Shown here: positions 37,852-46,562 of the stretch, in pieces
How positions within the stretch are numbered: the stretch's first letter is position 1
Layout: every line of letters begins with the position of its first letter
Assembly (NCBI GenBank): GCA_949747775.1
Contig: CATKGX010000112.1
Coordinates: 1 to 54,382, forward strand
Direction: 5' to 3'
Source: an uncultured Clostridia bacterium
GTDB lineage: Bacteria > Bacillota > Clostridia > TANB77 > CAG-508
DNA: 54,382 nt
Notes under the pieces: model-generated
What the model saw: only the letters and a program-made list of their open reading frames with translations
Databases searched by the model: none
Told to the model about the DNA's origin: nothing
Position numbers and translations under genes: made by a program

Positions 37852-38755
37852 GAAATTCCTCCCACATTTTTAGTAAAAGATTATCAATACACATATCAAA
37901 ATTTGCGTTAGAAGTTAATCTTTTTTTAGTTTGTTCTATTATTTGAATACAATTTGCATATCTCATATCTTGAGAATAAAGCAACTGATTCATTAATACA
38001 ATAGAAATATATTCTAATACACTTTGAATCTTATCTTTTGCTTGATATAGACTATCACTATTATTCCAAACATCAATCATATCATTTTGTTCTAAAGAAT
38101 GCAGAATTGTATTCATCTGAGTATATAGTTCCATATCGTCTTGTGTTTCAATTGCTTTTTTTATGCTACCATTACATACTTTTAAAATATTATCATCTAA
38201 TGTGTTCCCATAATGAAGTGAAAAATAGGCATTTAACTCATCCTGTTTTAAAGCATGAAACACAATTTTAGTACATCTGGATTTTATCGTAGGTAGCATT
38301 TGGCTTTCATTAGACAAAACTAAAATAATAACTGCATATTCAGGAGGTTCTTCTAATGTTTTTAGTAAACAATTCTGAGCTTCTTTTGTCATAGTGTCAC
38401 TATCATTAATTACATATACTTTTTTAGAAGAAGTGATAGGCTTTTCAGCAATTTTTTCTTGTAAATATCGAATTTGTTCTATTTTGATACTTTTTCCATC
38501 TTCAGGCTCAATTAGCATAAAGTCAGGATGATTAGAACTAGCATATAAGGTACATGCTTCACATAGGCCACAAGGCTTGTTTGTAAAATCAGTAGAAGTA
38601 CATAAAATCATATTTGCAAAATCTTTCGCAAATAAAGACTTCCCAATACCATCTAAGCCTATAAACATATAGCTGTGTAAAATGTTATTCGTGCGAATGG
38701 TATGTGTTAATAATGACTTCACATTGTCATTTCCAATAATATGTTCAAAATGCAA
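37829..38755 (-). CDS. holB: DNA polymerase III delta-prime subunit
   Basis: HIIGNDNVKSLL...HSYMFIGLDGIGKS...CGLCEAC, followed by TLEEPP. The ORF extends to 38794, but I prefer TTG 38755, which lies 9 nt after GGGAGG (38765-38770). Confidence 0.8.
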   Translation of the reverse strand: MHFEHIIGNDNVKSLLTHTIRTNNILHSYMFIGLDGIGKSLFAKDFANMILCTSTDFTNKPCGLCEACTLYASSNHPDFMLIEPEDGKSIKIEQIRYLQEKIAEKPITSSKKVYVINDSDTMTKEAQNCLLKTLEEPPEYAVIILVLSNESQMLPTIKSRCTKIVFHALKQDELNAYFSLHYGNTLDDNILKVCNGSIKKAIETQDDMELYTQMNTILHSLEQNDMIDVWNNSDSLYQAKDKIQSVLEYISIVLMNQLLYSQDMRYANCIQIIEQTKKRLTSNANFDMCIDNLLLKMWEEFHEKYSWH

Positions 38756-38777
38756 GTACAAGCACCTCCCTATCAGA

Positions 38778-39434
38778 TTAACGAACTTTTCCAAATAAAT
38801 TTAATGGCCAAAAACGAATCCATACTTTACTTTCAATTTTTTCTAGAGGGATACATCCAAAAGCTCTACTATCAGTAGACTCAGGTCTGTTATCACCCAT
38901 AGCAAATACACAATTTTCAGGAACAACTAAGTCATAAAAAGGATAGTTTCCTACACCAGTTGAGACTTCAGTCGTAACCCCTTCTGGTAAATAGTCTTCC
39001 TGCAATAAATTACCATTAATATAAACTTTACCATTAGAAATTTGCAAATGTTCTCCTGGAAGAGCAATAACTCTTTTAATATAACTTTGTTTACCAATTT
39101 CTAAAACATAATGTGAAAATTTACCTAAAGCAGAAGTAGGTTCTTCTGTATATTTAGCAGTTACATTATTTGCATCATAAATATAAGAACTAGAACTTGG
39201 AGCTTCAAAAGTAATAATATCTCCTCTTTCAGGAAGCGTTTTTGTGGTGCGCCCCCATCTATTTAAAATAAGACGTTGATTTGGTTGCAGAGTAGGTAGC
39301 ATAGAAGGCATTTGTACAATTGTAGGTGTTCCAATAAAAAATCGAATTAGTAGCGCCAAAACAAAGGCAACTAAAATACATATAATCCATTCTATAATAT
39401 CTTTTGTCTTATCATTTAATTTCATTTTAAGCAA
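38778..39434 (-). CDS. lepB: Signal peptidase I
   Basis: An N-terminal TM segment, then VQMPSMLPTL (catalytic Ser box), YIKRVIALPGE and GDNRPESTDSR. The start is uncertain: TTG 39434 or ATG 39425. Confidence 0.9.
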   Translation of the reverse strand: MLKMKLNDKTKDIIEWIICILVAFVLALLIRFFIGTPTIVQMPSMLPTLQPNQRLILNRWGRTTKTLPERGDIITFEAPSSSSYIYDANNVTAKYTEEPTSALGKFSHYVLEIGKQSYIKRVIALPGEHLQISNGKVYINGNLLQEDYLPEGVTTEVSTGVGNYPFYDLVVPENCVFAMGDNRPESTDSRAFGCIPLEKIESKVWIRFWPLNLFGKVR

Positions 39435-39527
39435 TCTCTCCTTTTTATTTAAAATATCTATGTTATTATATATTCTTTTTCTGAATTTATCAATAGTTTA
39501 GAAAATAAAGAAGAAAAATCTAAAATT

Positions 39528-39556
39528 TTGACAAAGTAAAAGAAGAATGGTACAAT
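39528..39556 (+). promoter_or_regulatory. Extended -10 promoter (TTGACA-17 nt-TGgTACAAT) for the HD-domain gene
   Basis: TTGACA at 39528-39533. TACAAT at 39551-39556 is preceded by TGG. Confidence 0.5.
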
Positions 39557-39620
39557 AACAAGCATTAGAGAGATTCGTCATTTAAGCAAAGTCTTACTTT
39601 ATTAAAGGAGGAATTTATCA

Positions 39621-40046
39621 ATGATTTACACACAAAACACTAGGCATGCTATGCTAATTGCTTTTAATGCACATCATCGGCAGTATGATAAATCAGGAGT
39701 TCCCTATATCTATCATCCTATCCATTTGGCAGAGCAAATGGATACAGAGGCAGAGTGTATTGTTGCGCTATTGCATGATGTGGCAGAAGATACAGATATC
39801 ACTTTCGAAGAACTTGAAAAGCAATTTTCAGCAGAAGTAATTGAAGCACTTAAATTGTTGACACATGATGAAAGTGTTCCTTACATGGATTATATAAAAA
39901 AGATAAAGCCTAATCCTATTGCGAGAAAAGTAAAGTTAGCAGATTTGAGGCATAATAGTGATAAAACAAGACTAGAGAAGATGACAGCAAAAGATAGAAA
40001 GCGTAATGAAAAATATGCAAAAGCGATTGAGTTTTTGAGTGCGTAA
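39621..40046 (+). CDS. Small HD-domain hydrolase of the RelA/SpoT (ppGpp-hydrolase, Mesh1/SAH-like) type
   Basis: AHHRQYDKSGVPYIYHPIHLA and LLHDVAEDT. GC is about 40% in sampled stretches. It contains one in-frame CGG at 39678-39680, read as Arg. Confidence 0.8.
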   Translation: MIYTQNTRHAMLIAFNAHHRQYDKSGVPYIYHPIHLAEQMDTEAECIVALLHDVAEDTDITFEELEKQFSAEVIEALKLLTHDESVPYMDYIKKIKPNPIARKVKLADLRHNSDKTRLEKMTAKDRKRNEKYAKAIEFLSA

Positions 40047-40070
40047 ATGATTGAATAAATAATTTGATTG

Positions 40071-40106
40071 GAGCCAATAGCTAAGATTTTAGCATTGGCT
40101 CTTTTT
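40071..40106 (+). terminator. Terminator after the HD-domain gene
   Basis: GAGCCAAT pairs with ATTGGCTC, followed by TTTTT. Confidence 0.7.
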
Positions 40107-40162
40107 ATATGTCAATTGGGATGGGGCATTTTGACAGAAAGTTAGTGCTTAATTGTTTTGGG

Positions 40163-40296
40163 TAACGCTTTGGAAGGTTCGAGGTGGCGCAGACCTGCAT
40201 ATAGGGTTTATATTTTTAAACATCCAGCAGGCTCCTGTTTAAAAACATAAACCCTGTGCGTCCTTTAAGTGCGTACTCTCCCAAAGCTGTGTGAGG
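40163..40296 (+). repeat. Copy C of the ~134-nt interspersed hairpin-forming repeat
   Basis: Aligns end to end with copy B. Its inner stem is AGGGTTTAT...ATAAACCCT, which carries two compensatory base-pair changes relative to copy B. Confidence 0.85.
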
Positions 40297-40386
40297 AAGT
40301 AGGGCAGATAAAATAGTGCGAAATAGTGTATATAAATTGATGGTTATGATATAATTTAAAGTATATGATGAAGAGAGGAACTATAT

Positions 40387-41643
40387 ATGTTAGAAGGAAA
40401 AGAAATACAAGAGATAGCTAAGAAAATAGAAAGGGCTGGAGGAAGGCTGTACTTGGTGGGGGGAGCAGTTCGTGACAAAATAATGGGAAAGGCAAGAATT
40501 GATGAGGATTATTGTGTCACAGGACTTAGTCAAATTGAATTTGAGCAGTTGTTTCCAGAAGCAATGATTCGTGGTAAGGAATTTGCAGTATATGATATGG
40601 AGAAAAGAGAGTTTGCTTTGGCAAGAAAAGAGAGAAAAAGTGGAAAAGGGCATAAAGAGTTTGAAATTGAAACTGATAAAAGCCTTACTATAGAAGAAGA
40701 TTTGGCAAGAAGAGATATTACAATAAATTCAATTGCAAAAGATGTACTAACAGGAAAAATCATTGACCCATATGGCGGAATAGAGGATATTAAAAGAAAA
40801 GTAATTAGAAAAACGAGTGATAGCTTTTTAGAAGACCCTTTAAGAGTATATAGAGTAGCAAGATTTGCAGCAATGTTGGGTTTTGAAGTGGAAGAAACTA
40901 CAATAGAGGAAATGAAAAAGTTAAAAGAAGAATTACAGGCATTATCAGTAGAAAGAGTATTTACAGAGTTTAAAAAGGCACTTGGTAGTCCAAGACCATC
41001 TATCTTTTTTCAAGTTCTAAAAAAAGCAGATGTTTTAGAAGTACATTTTAAAGAAATCTATGATTTAATTGGAAAAACACAACCAAAGAAATATCATCCA
41101 GAAGGAGATAGTTTCAACCACACCATGAATGTAGTAGACAATAGTAGCAAACTAACAGATAAGCTAGAAATAAGATATAGTTGTTTAGTACATGACCTAG
41201 GGAAAGGAAAAACTCCAGAAGCCATTTTACCACACCATTATGGACATGAAGAAAGAGGAGAAAAACTAGTAGTAGAATTAGGTGCTAGACTAAAAGTTCC
41301 AAAATTATGGACAAGCTGTGGAAAAATAGCAGCAAAACACCACATGAAAGGTGGATATTTTGAAAAAATGACACCAAAAAAACAAATCGATTTTATTGAA
41401 AGGGTAGCAAAATCTAAGCTAGGGTTAGAAGGAATGAAAGTAGTAGTATATAGCGACAAATGGAGAGAAGAAGAGAATCCACCAATTGTTAGTTTTGATA
41501 TCATTGGAAATAAATGCATTCAAGAAATAGATGGAAAATATGTGATGCAAAAATATTGTCTAAAGTCGGGATTAAAATTAAAAGAGAAGTTACATGAAGA
41601 AAGGGTAGAATGGATAAAAAACAATTACAAAAAAAGTGAGTAG
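40387..41643 (+). CDS. cca: CCA-adding tRNA nucleotidyltransferase with a C-terminal HD domain
   Basis: LVGGAVRDKIMG, RRDITINSIA, and HD-region motifs HPEGDSFNH and VHDLGK. Confidence 0.85.
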   Translation: MLEGKEIQEIAKKIERAGGRLYLVGGAVRDKIMGKARIDEDYCVTGLSQIEFEQLFPEAMIRGKEFAVYDMEKREFALARKERKSGKGHKEFEIETDKSLTIEEDLARRDITINSIAKDVLTGKIIDPYGGIEDIKRKVIRKTSDSFLEDPLRVYRVARFAAMLGFEVEETTIEEMKKLKEELQALSVERVFTEFKKALGSPRPSIFFQVLKKADVLEVHFKEIYDLIGKTQPKKYHPEGDSFNHTMNVVDNSSKLTDKLEIRYSCLVHDLGKGKTPEAILPHHYGHEERGEKLVVELGARLKVPKLWTSCGKIAAKHHMKGGYFEKMTPKKQIDFIERVAKSKLGLEGMKVVVYSDKWREEENPPIVSFDIIGNKCIQEIDGKYVMQKYCLKSGLKLKEKLHEERVEWIKNNYKKSE

Positions 41644-41705
41644 CATAATTGACAATAAAGAAGTTTTACATTATGATATAAATAAGTGAAGCGGAGGAAA
41701 AAAGT

Positions 41706-42755
41706 ATGCAAATGAAAAAAATAAAAGAAGAAAAAGCATCAGTATCAGTATATGTATTTATTGTACTATTTACTTATTTAATTATACTATCAAGCATATA
41801 CTTTACCTTAATATCAATTCATAAAGCACAATTAAAAACGATTCTAAAAATAAAACAATCCTACGAATTAGATAATGGGAATATTGAACAGATATATCAA
41901 TCAAAAATAAATACTGAAAAAGAACCAGAGCAAAAAGAATTTATATTTGATTATACAGGAACAGAGCAGACCTTTACTGCACCAGCGAGTGGTATATATA
42001 AACTACAAGTATGGGGAGCACAAGGAGGACAAGGTGGTCCTAGTAATCTTGGAGGAAAAGGTGGATATTCTACTGGAAACATTACCTTAACAAAGGGACA
42101 AAGCATATATGTATATGTAGGAGGACAAGGCATAGGTGCTACTACAACATCCACAACTACAAAAGAGAATGCAGGTGGATACAATGGCGGAGGTAGCTCG
42201 TACCAGGTGGGAACAGGAGGGCCAAGAGGATCAGGAGGCGGAGCAACAGATATTAGATTTGTACCAAATACTGACCCTTTAAATTCATCATCTTTATTAT
42301 CAAGAGTAATTGTTGCAGGAGGAGGCGGAGGAAGTCTATACTATAATAACACATCATATACTTCAGGAGTTGGTGGAGGAACCTCTGGAACTAATGGAAC
42401 AGTTGGAAAAGGAGGAACACAAACTGCAGGCGGAAGCGGATATGAGCAATATGTAGCAGCAGGGTTTGGATATGGAGGATATAAATCATCAAATTCAACA
42501 TCTACGATCGCAGGAGGCGGTGGAGGCTGGTATGGCGGAGGTGCTGGAAATGCAGCAGGTGGAGGTTCTGGATTTATATGGACTTCAGCAACAGCTTCCA
42601 ATGTACCAAGTGGATATTCAGTAGAAACAAAATATTACTTAACAGAAGCTTCTACAATTGCAGGAAATGCAGAATTTGATTCACCTACAGGTACTAAAGA
42701 AACGGGGCATGCAGGTAATGGATATGCCAAAATAACATGGCTAAGATTTAAATAA
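41706..42755 (+). CDS. Membrane-anchored glycine-rich-domain protein (Gly_rich/PF12810-like)
   Basis: An N-terminal TM segment, then FDYTGTEQTFTAPASGIYKLQVWGAQGGQGG, VYVGGQG, GGGATDIRF and RVIVAGGGGGS. This is the pattern typical of bacterial glycine-rich domain proteins. Confidence 0.75.
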   Translation: MQMKKIKEEKASVSVYVFIVLFTYLIILSSIYFTLISIHKAQLKTILKIKQSYELDNGNIEQIYQSKINTEKEPEQKEFIFDYTGTEQTFTAPASGIYKLQVWGAQGGQGGPSNLGGKGGYSTGNITLTKGQSIYVYVGGQGIGATTTSTTTKENAGGYNGGGSSYQVGTGGPRGSGGGATDIRFVPNTDPLNSSSLLSRVIVAGGGGGSLYYNNTSYTSGVGGGTSGTNGTVGKGGTQTAGGSGYEQYVAAGFGYGGYKSSNSTSTIAGGGGGWYGGGAGNAAGGGSGFIWTSATASNVPSGYSVETKYYLTEASTIAGNAEFDSPTGTKETGHAGNGYAKITWLRFK

Positions 42756-42820
42756 TGTAAGCGATACATCTATGTTTACTTTTAAGTAAAACAAAAAAGG
42801 TATACATTCATATACAATAA

Positions 42821-42851
42821 AAAGAAAGATTCGTAAATCTTTCTTTTTTTT
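42821..42851 (+). terminator. Rho-independent terminator
   Basis: AAAGAAAGATT pairs with AATCTTTCTTT, followed by a T-run. Confidence 0.75.
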
Positions 42852-42992
42852 ATGATAGACATTGACCTTTTGGGCATTTCCGTATATAATATACGTGTCT
42901 AAAAATATGCACTTTTTATTGTATGAAAAAAATTAGCAGTTTCATACAAAATATAAAAAAGAATTGTTTTAATGAAACAAGGAGGAAAATTT

Positions 42993-43793
42993 ATGGGAGA
43001 AGTTATTGTCATAACATCAGGCAAAGGTGGAGTAGGAAAGACAACAACAACAGCAAACTTAGGAGCAGCTTTAGCATTAAGAGGCAAAAAAGTAGCTTTA
43101 GTAGACACAGATATAGGTTTAAGAAATTTAGATGTAGTAATGGGACTAGAAAACAGAATTGTGTATGATATTGTTGATGTTGTAGAAGAAAAATGTAAAT
43201 TAAGACAAGCCTTAATTAAAGACAAACGTTTTAACGAACTATTCTTACTACCAGCAGCGCAAACAAGAGATAAAAGTGCAGTAAATGAAGAACAAATGAA
43301 AGAACTAATTAGTAAACTAAAAGAAGAATTTGATTACATATTAATAGATTGTCCAGCTGGAATTGAACAAGGATTTAAAAATGCAATTGCAGGAGCTAAT
43401 CGTGCTATTGTCGTAACTACAGCAGAAATTTCAGCCATTCGTGATGCAGATAGAATTGTAGGATTATTAGAAGCATCAGAAATTAAAAATCCAGAATTAG
43501 TCGTAAACAGAATTAGACCAGCTATGATAAAAAAAGGCGAAATGATGGACGTTGATGACATTGTGGATTTATTATCAATTGACTTAATCGGTGTTGTACC
43601 AGATGATGAATATATTATTACACAAACCAATAAAGGAGAACCAGTAGTAACAAATCATAAAGCTCCATCAGGAAAATCGTATCTGGAAATTGCTAGAAGA
43701 GTTTTAGGAGAGAATGTCGAAGTAAATGTTCCAGGAAAAGAAGAAGGTTTCTTTACAAAAGTGAAAGGTTTTTTCTCAAAAGGTAAACACTAA
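42993..43793 (+). CDS. minD: Septum site-determining ATPase MinD
   Basis: ATG 42993 follows GGAGG (42981-42985). The deviant Walker A is VITSGKGGVGKTT, and DCPAGIE is also present. Confidence 0.9.
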   Translation: MGEVIVITSGKGGVGKTTTTANLGAALALRGKKVALVDTDIGLRNLDVVMGLENRIVYDIVDVVEEKCKLRQALIKDKRFNELFLLPAAQTRDKSAVNEEQMKELISKLKEEFDYILIDCPAGIEQGFKNAIAGANRAIVVTTAEISAIRDADRIVGLLEASEIKNPELVVNRIRPAMIKKGEMMDVDDIVDLLSIDLIGVVPDDEYIITQTNKGEPVVTNHKAPSGKSYLEIARRVLGENVEVNVPGKEEGFFTKVKGFFSKGKH

Positions 43794-43812
43794 TACGATT
43801 TGGAGGTAAATT

Positions 43813-44388
43813 ATGTTTGAAAACATTATAGGTTTCTTTAAGAGATTAGGGAAAAACAAACAAGAAAGCTCAAGTGATGCGGCAAAAGAGAGATTGCATT
43901 TAGTATTAGCGCAAGACAGAGCCAATATTTCAGCAGACTTCCTTGAAATGATGAAACAAGAAATTATAGAAGTAATCAAAAAATACATAGATATTGATGA
44001 AGAAGCAATTGATGTAAAAATGACAAATAAAGCAGGAGAAGATGGAACAATAGGTGCTCCAGCTTTATTTGCGAATATACCAATTATTACAATCAAAAAT
44101 GAAGCAAGAAAACTAGAAGGAAGTTTAAAGACAGAAGAAGATACAAAGAAAGAAGAACCTTTAAAAAAAGAGGACAGTAATGTAGAAAATAAAGAAGGCA
44201 ATCAAACAGAGGAAAGCGAAGAACCAAAAATAGAACCAGAGACGACAGAAGTAAAAGAAGTAGAACAGATCTTAGAAGACGAAAAGGATAAGAAGCAAGA
44301 AACAGAAGCCCAAAAAGAAAATAACTCTTTTAATAAAGAGCAAAAAGAAAATGAAAAAGAGGCGAAAGATGAAAAGGAAAATTCTTAA
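43813..44388 (+). CDS. minE: MinE with a ~100-aa acidic/lysine-rich C-terminal extension
   Basis: The first ~90 aa (FFKRLGK...AKERLHLVLAQDR...MKQEIIEVIKKYIDI) are MinE-like. The remainder is low-complexity sequence rich in K and E. Confidence 0.8.
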   Translation: MFENIIGFFKRLGKNKQESSSDAAKERLHLVLAQDRANISADFLEMMKQEIIEVIKKYIDIDEEAIDVKMTNKAGEDGTIGAPALFANIPIITIKNEARKLEGSLKTEEDTKKEEPLKKEDSNVENKEGNQTEESEEPKIEPETTEVKEVEQILEDEKDKKQETEAQKENNSFNKEQKENEKEAKDEKENS

Positions 44389-45475
44389 AAATGTCGAGTG
44401 GAGTATATTGGTTTGTACTATTTTATTAGTAGCAATTGGAATAGTAGCACTAACTTCAGCAACTAAAAATGCTGACTATGATGAACTAAAAAAACAAATT
44501 ATGTGGGTATCGATAAGTGTCCCAATTATGTTTATTGTTATTTTTATAGATTACGAATTAATGGCAAAAATTTCACCAATATTATATGGAATTATTTTAA
44601 TTTTATTAGTAGCAGTTTTATTTACTAGTGCCATCAATGGAGCTACTAGTTGGTTTAATATAGGACCTTTTTCGCTTCAACCAGCAGAGCTTGCCAAGGT
44701 TGTTATTGTTTTATTTATGGCATGGCTTATTACAAAAGTGCAAGCAAGGGGAAAAGATGAGGTAAATCGTATTTTGAAGTTAGCCCTTATATTATTTGCA
44801 TTTGCAGTACCAGTATTATTAATTATTAAGCAACCAGACTATGGAACTGCTTTAGCCTTTGTAGTGGCATTAATATTTATACTATTTTCTGCAGGAATTC
44901 GAAAAAGGTATATAATTACATCTATCATATTAGTGGTTGTTTTAGTACCAGTATTATACTTATTCGTACTACCAGAACATGCTAAAACAAGAATAGATGT
45001 GTTCTTAAATCCTAATTTAGACCCAAGAGGAGCAGGATATAATATTATACAATCTAAATTAGCTATTGGTTCAGGACAGCTAGTAGGAATGGGGTTATTT
45101 AAAGGAAATCAAACACAATTAGGATTTTTATATCCAAAAACAACAGACTTCATTTTTGCATTAATTGGAGAAGAAATGGGATTTATTGTAGCAGCTATTA
45201 TTATTTTCTTATATGTTGTGTTAATCACAAAAGCAGTTTATGTAGCGAAAACTGCAAAAGATGATTTGGGTTCCTATATTGCGATAGGAATTGCAGGTAT
45301 TTTTTTCTTTCATATGTTAGAAAACATAGGAATGACAATGGGATTATTACCAATTACAGGAATACCGTTACCATTTGTTAGTTATGGAGGTAGTTCACTT
45401 CTTAGCAACTTTATTATGATTGGATTATTATTAAATATATCAGGAAGAAGACAAAAAGCGATATTTGTAGAATAA
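44369..45475 (+). CDS. rodA: SEDS-family peptidoglycan polymerase, RodA-like
   Basis: About 10 TM segments, with QPAELAK, QPDYGTA, EEMGF and TGIPLPFVSYGGSS. The alternative start is 44351. Confidence 0.85.
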   Translation: MKRKILKNVEWSILVCTILLVAIGIVALTSATKNADYDELKKQIMWVSISVPIMFIVIFIDYELMAKISPILYGIILILLVAVLFTSAINGATSWFNIGPFSLQPAELAKVVIVLFMAWLITKVQARGKDEVNRILKLALILFAFAVPVLLIIKQPDYGTALAFVVALIFILFSAGIRKRYIITSIILVVVLVPVLYLFVLPEHAKTRIDVFLNPNLDPRGAGYNIIQSKLAIGSGQLVGMGLFKGNQTQLGFLYPKTTDFIFALIGEEMGFIVAAIIIFLYVVLITKAVYVAKTAKDDLGSYIAIGIAGIFFFHMLENIGMTMGLLPITGIPLPFVSYGGSSLLSNFIMIGLLLNISGRRQKAIFVE

Positions 45476-45492
45476 AAATAGGAGAAATATAG

Positions 45493-46468
45493 ATGAATAT
45501 GCTACACAAATTAAAAATAGGAAATGTAGAATTAGAAAATAATATTGTACTCGCTCCAATGGCAGGAATTACAGACCTGCCATTTCGCTTGATATGTAAA
45601 GAATTTGGACCACGGATTAGTTTATACAGAAATGATAAGTAGCAAGGGATTATTTTATCATGATGAAAAAACAAAATTATTGCTAGATATGAAAAACGAA
45701 AAAAGACCAGTTGCAGTCCAAATCTTTGGAAATGATATAGAAACAATGAAATATGCCAGTAAATATGTTAGTAAATATGCAGATATAATTGATATTAATA
45801 TGGGATGTCCCGCACCAAAGGTTGTTAAAAATGGAGATGGAAGCAAATTATTGTTAAACTTAGAGTTAGCAGGTCAAATCGTAAAAGAAGTTGTCAAAAC
45901 AGTAGATGTACCAGTAACAGTAAAAATGCGAAAAGGTTGGGATAGCCAAAATATTGTTGCAGTAGAAGCTGCTAAAATCTTTGAGCAAGAAGGTGCCTCA
46001 GCTATCACTATTCATGGAAGGACAAGGGACCAATTTTATACAGGAAAAGCTGATTTAGAAATAATAAAACAAGTCAAACAAAATGTATCAATTCCTGTTA
46101 TAGGAAATGGAGATGTAAAATCACCAGAAGATGCTATTGAAATGTTTCAAAAAACAAACGTAGATGGAATTATGATAGGAAGAGCAAGCATGGGAAAACC
46201 TTGGATTTTTAAAGAGATACGAGATATCCTATTAAACAAGGAACCAAAGGTAATAGAGCCAAAAGAAAAATTAGAACTTATCAAAAAACATATAGAACTT
46301 GCAGTAGAGCAAAAAGGTGAAACAATAGCGATAAAAGAAATGAGAAAACATATAGCTGCTTACATCAAAAACATGAGAGAAGCTAGCAAGTTAAGAGATA
46401 AAGTTAATACAATTGAAACCAAACAAGAATTAATATTTGTTTTAACCGAATACTTTAAAAATATATAG
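45493..46468 (+). CDS. dusB: tRNA-dihydrouridine synthase, interrupted: needs a +1 shift at CGG 45613-45615
   Basis: The N-terminal 40 codons from ATG 45493 (LAPMAGITDLPFRLICKEFGP) stop at 45640-45642. ORF 45605..46468 continues with GLVYTEMISSKGL. Skipping C45613 gives KEFGP-GLVYTEM. Confidence 0.85.
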
Positions 46469-46474
46469 AATAAA

Positions 46475-46510
46475 ATAAGAGTAGATCATATCGCTCTTAT
46501 TTATTTTTTT
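46475..46510 (+). terminator. Terminator after dusB
   Basis: ATAAGAG pairs with CTCTTAT, followed by a T-rich run. Confidence 0.6.
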
Positions 46511-46562
46511 ACCCTTTACTACAATAAACTTAGAACGATAAAATCAAAAAGGAGGAACCTCT

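Noticed and set aside
39658-39840. A 60-aa +1-frame ORF inside the HD-hydrolase gene, starting just before its CGG codon
   Set aside because: It is tempting as a fifth CGG shift product. However, the zero frame carries the HD motif (HDVAEDT) downstream, and the +1 product has no recognisable features. I kept it only as a counter-example in the findings.
12344-40296. The interspersed 134-nt hairpin repeats considered as integron attC sites, which would make the high-GC genes integron cassettes
   Set aside because: There are no RYYYAAC/GTTRRRY core sites at the ends and no integrase. The copies are scattered among housekeeping genes, not arrayed, and their position relative to the neighbouring ORF is inconsistent.
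42923-43168. 81-aa ORF overlapping the minD start
   Set aside because: It is out of frame with a perfectly conserved MinD N-terminus (deviant Walker A). It is arginine- and lysine-rich junk.
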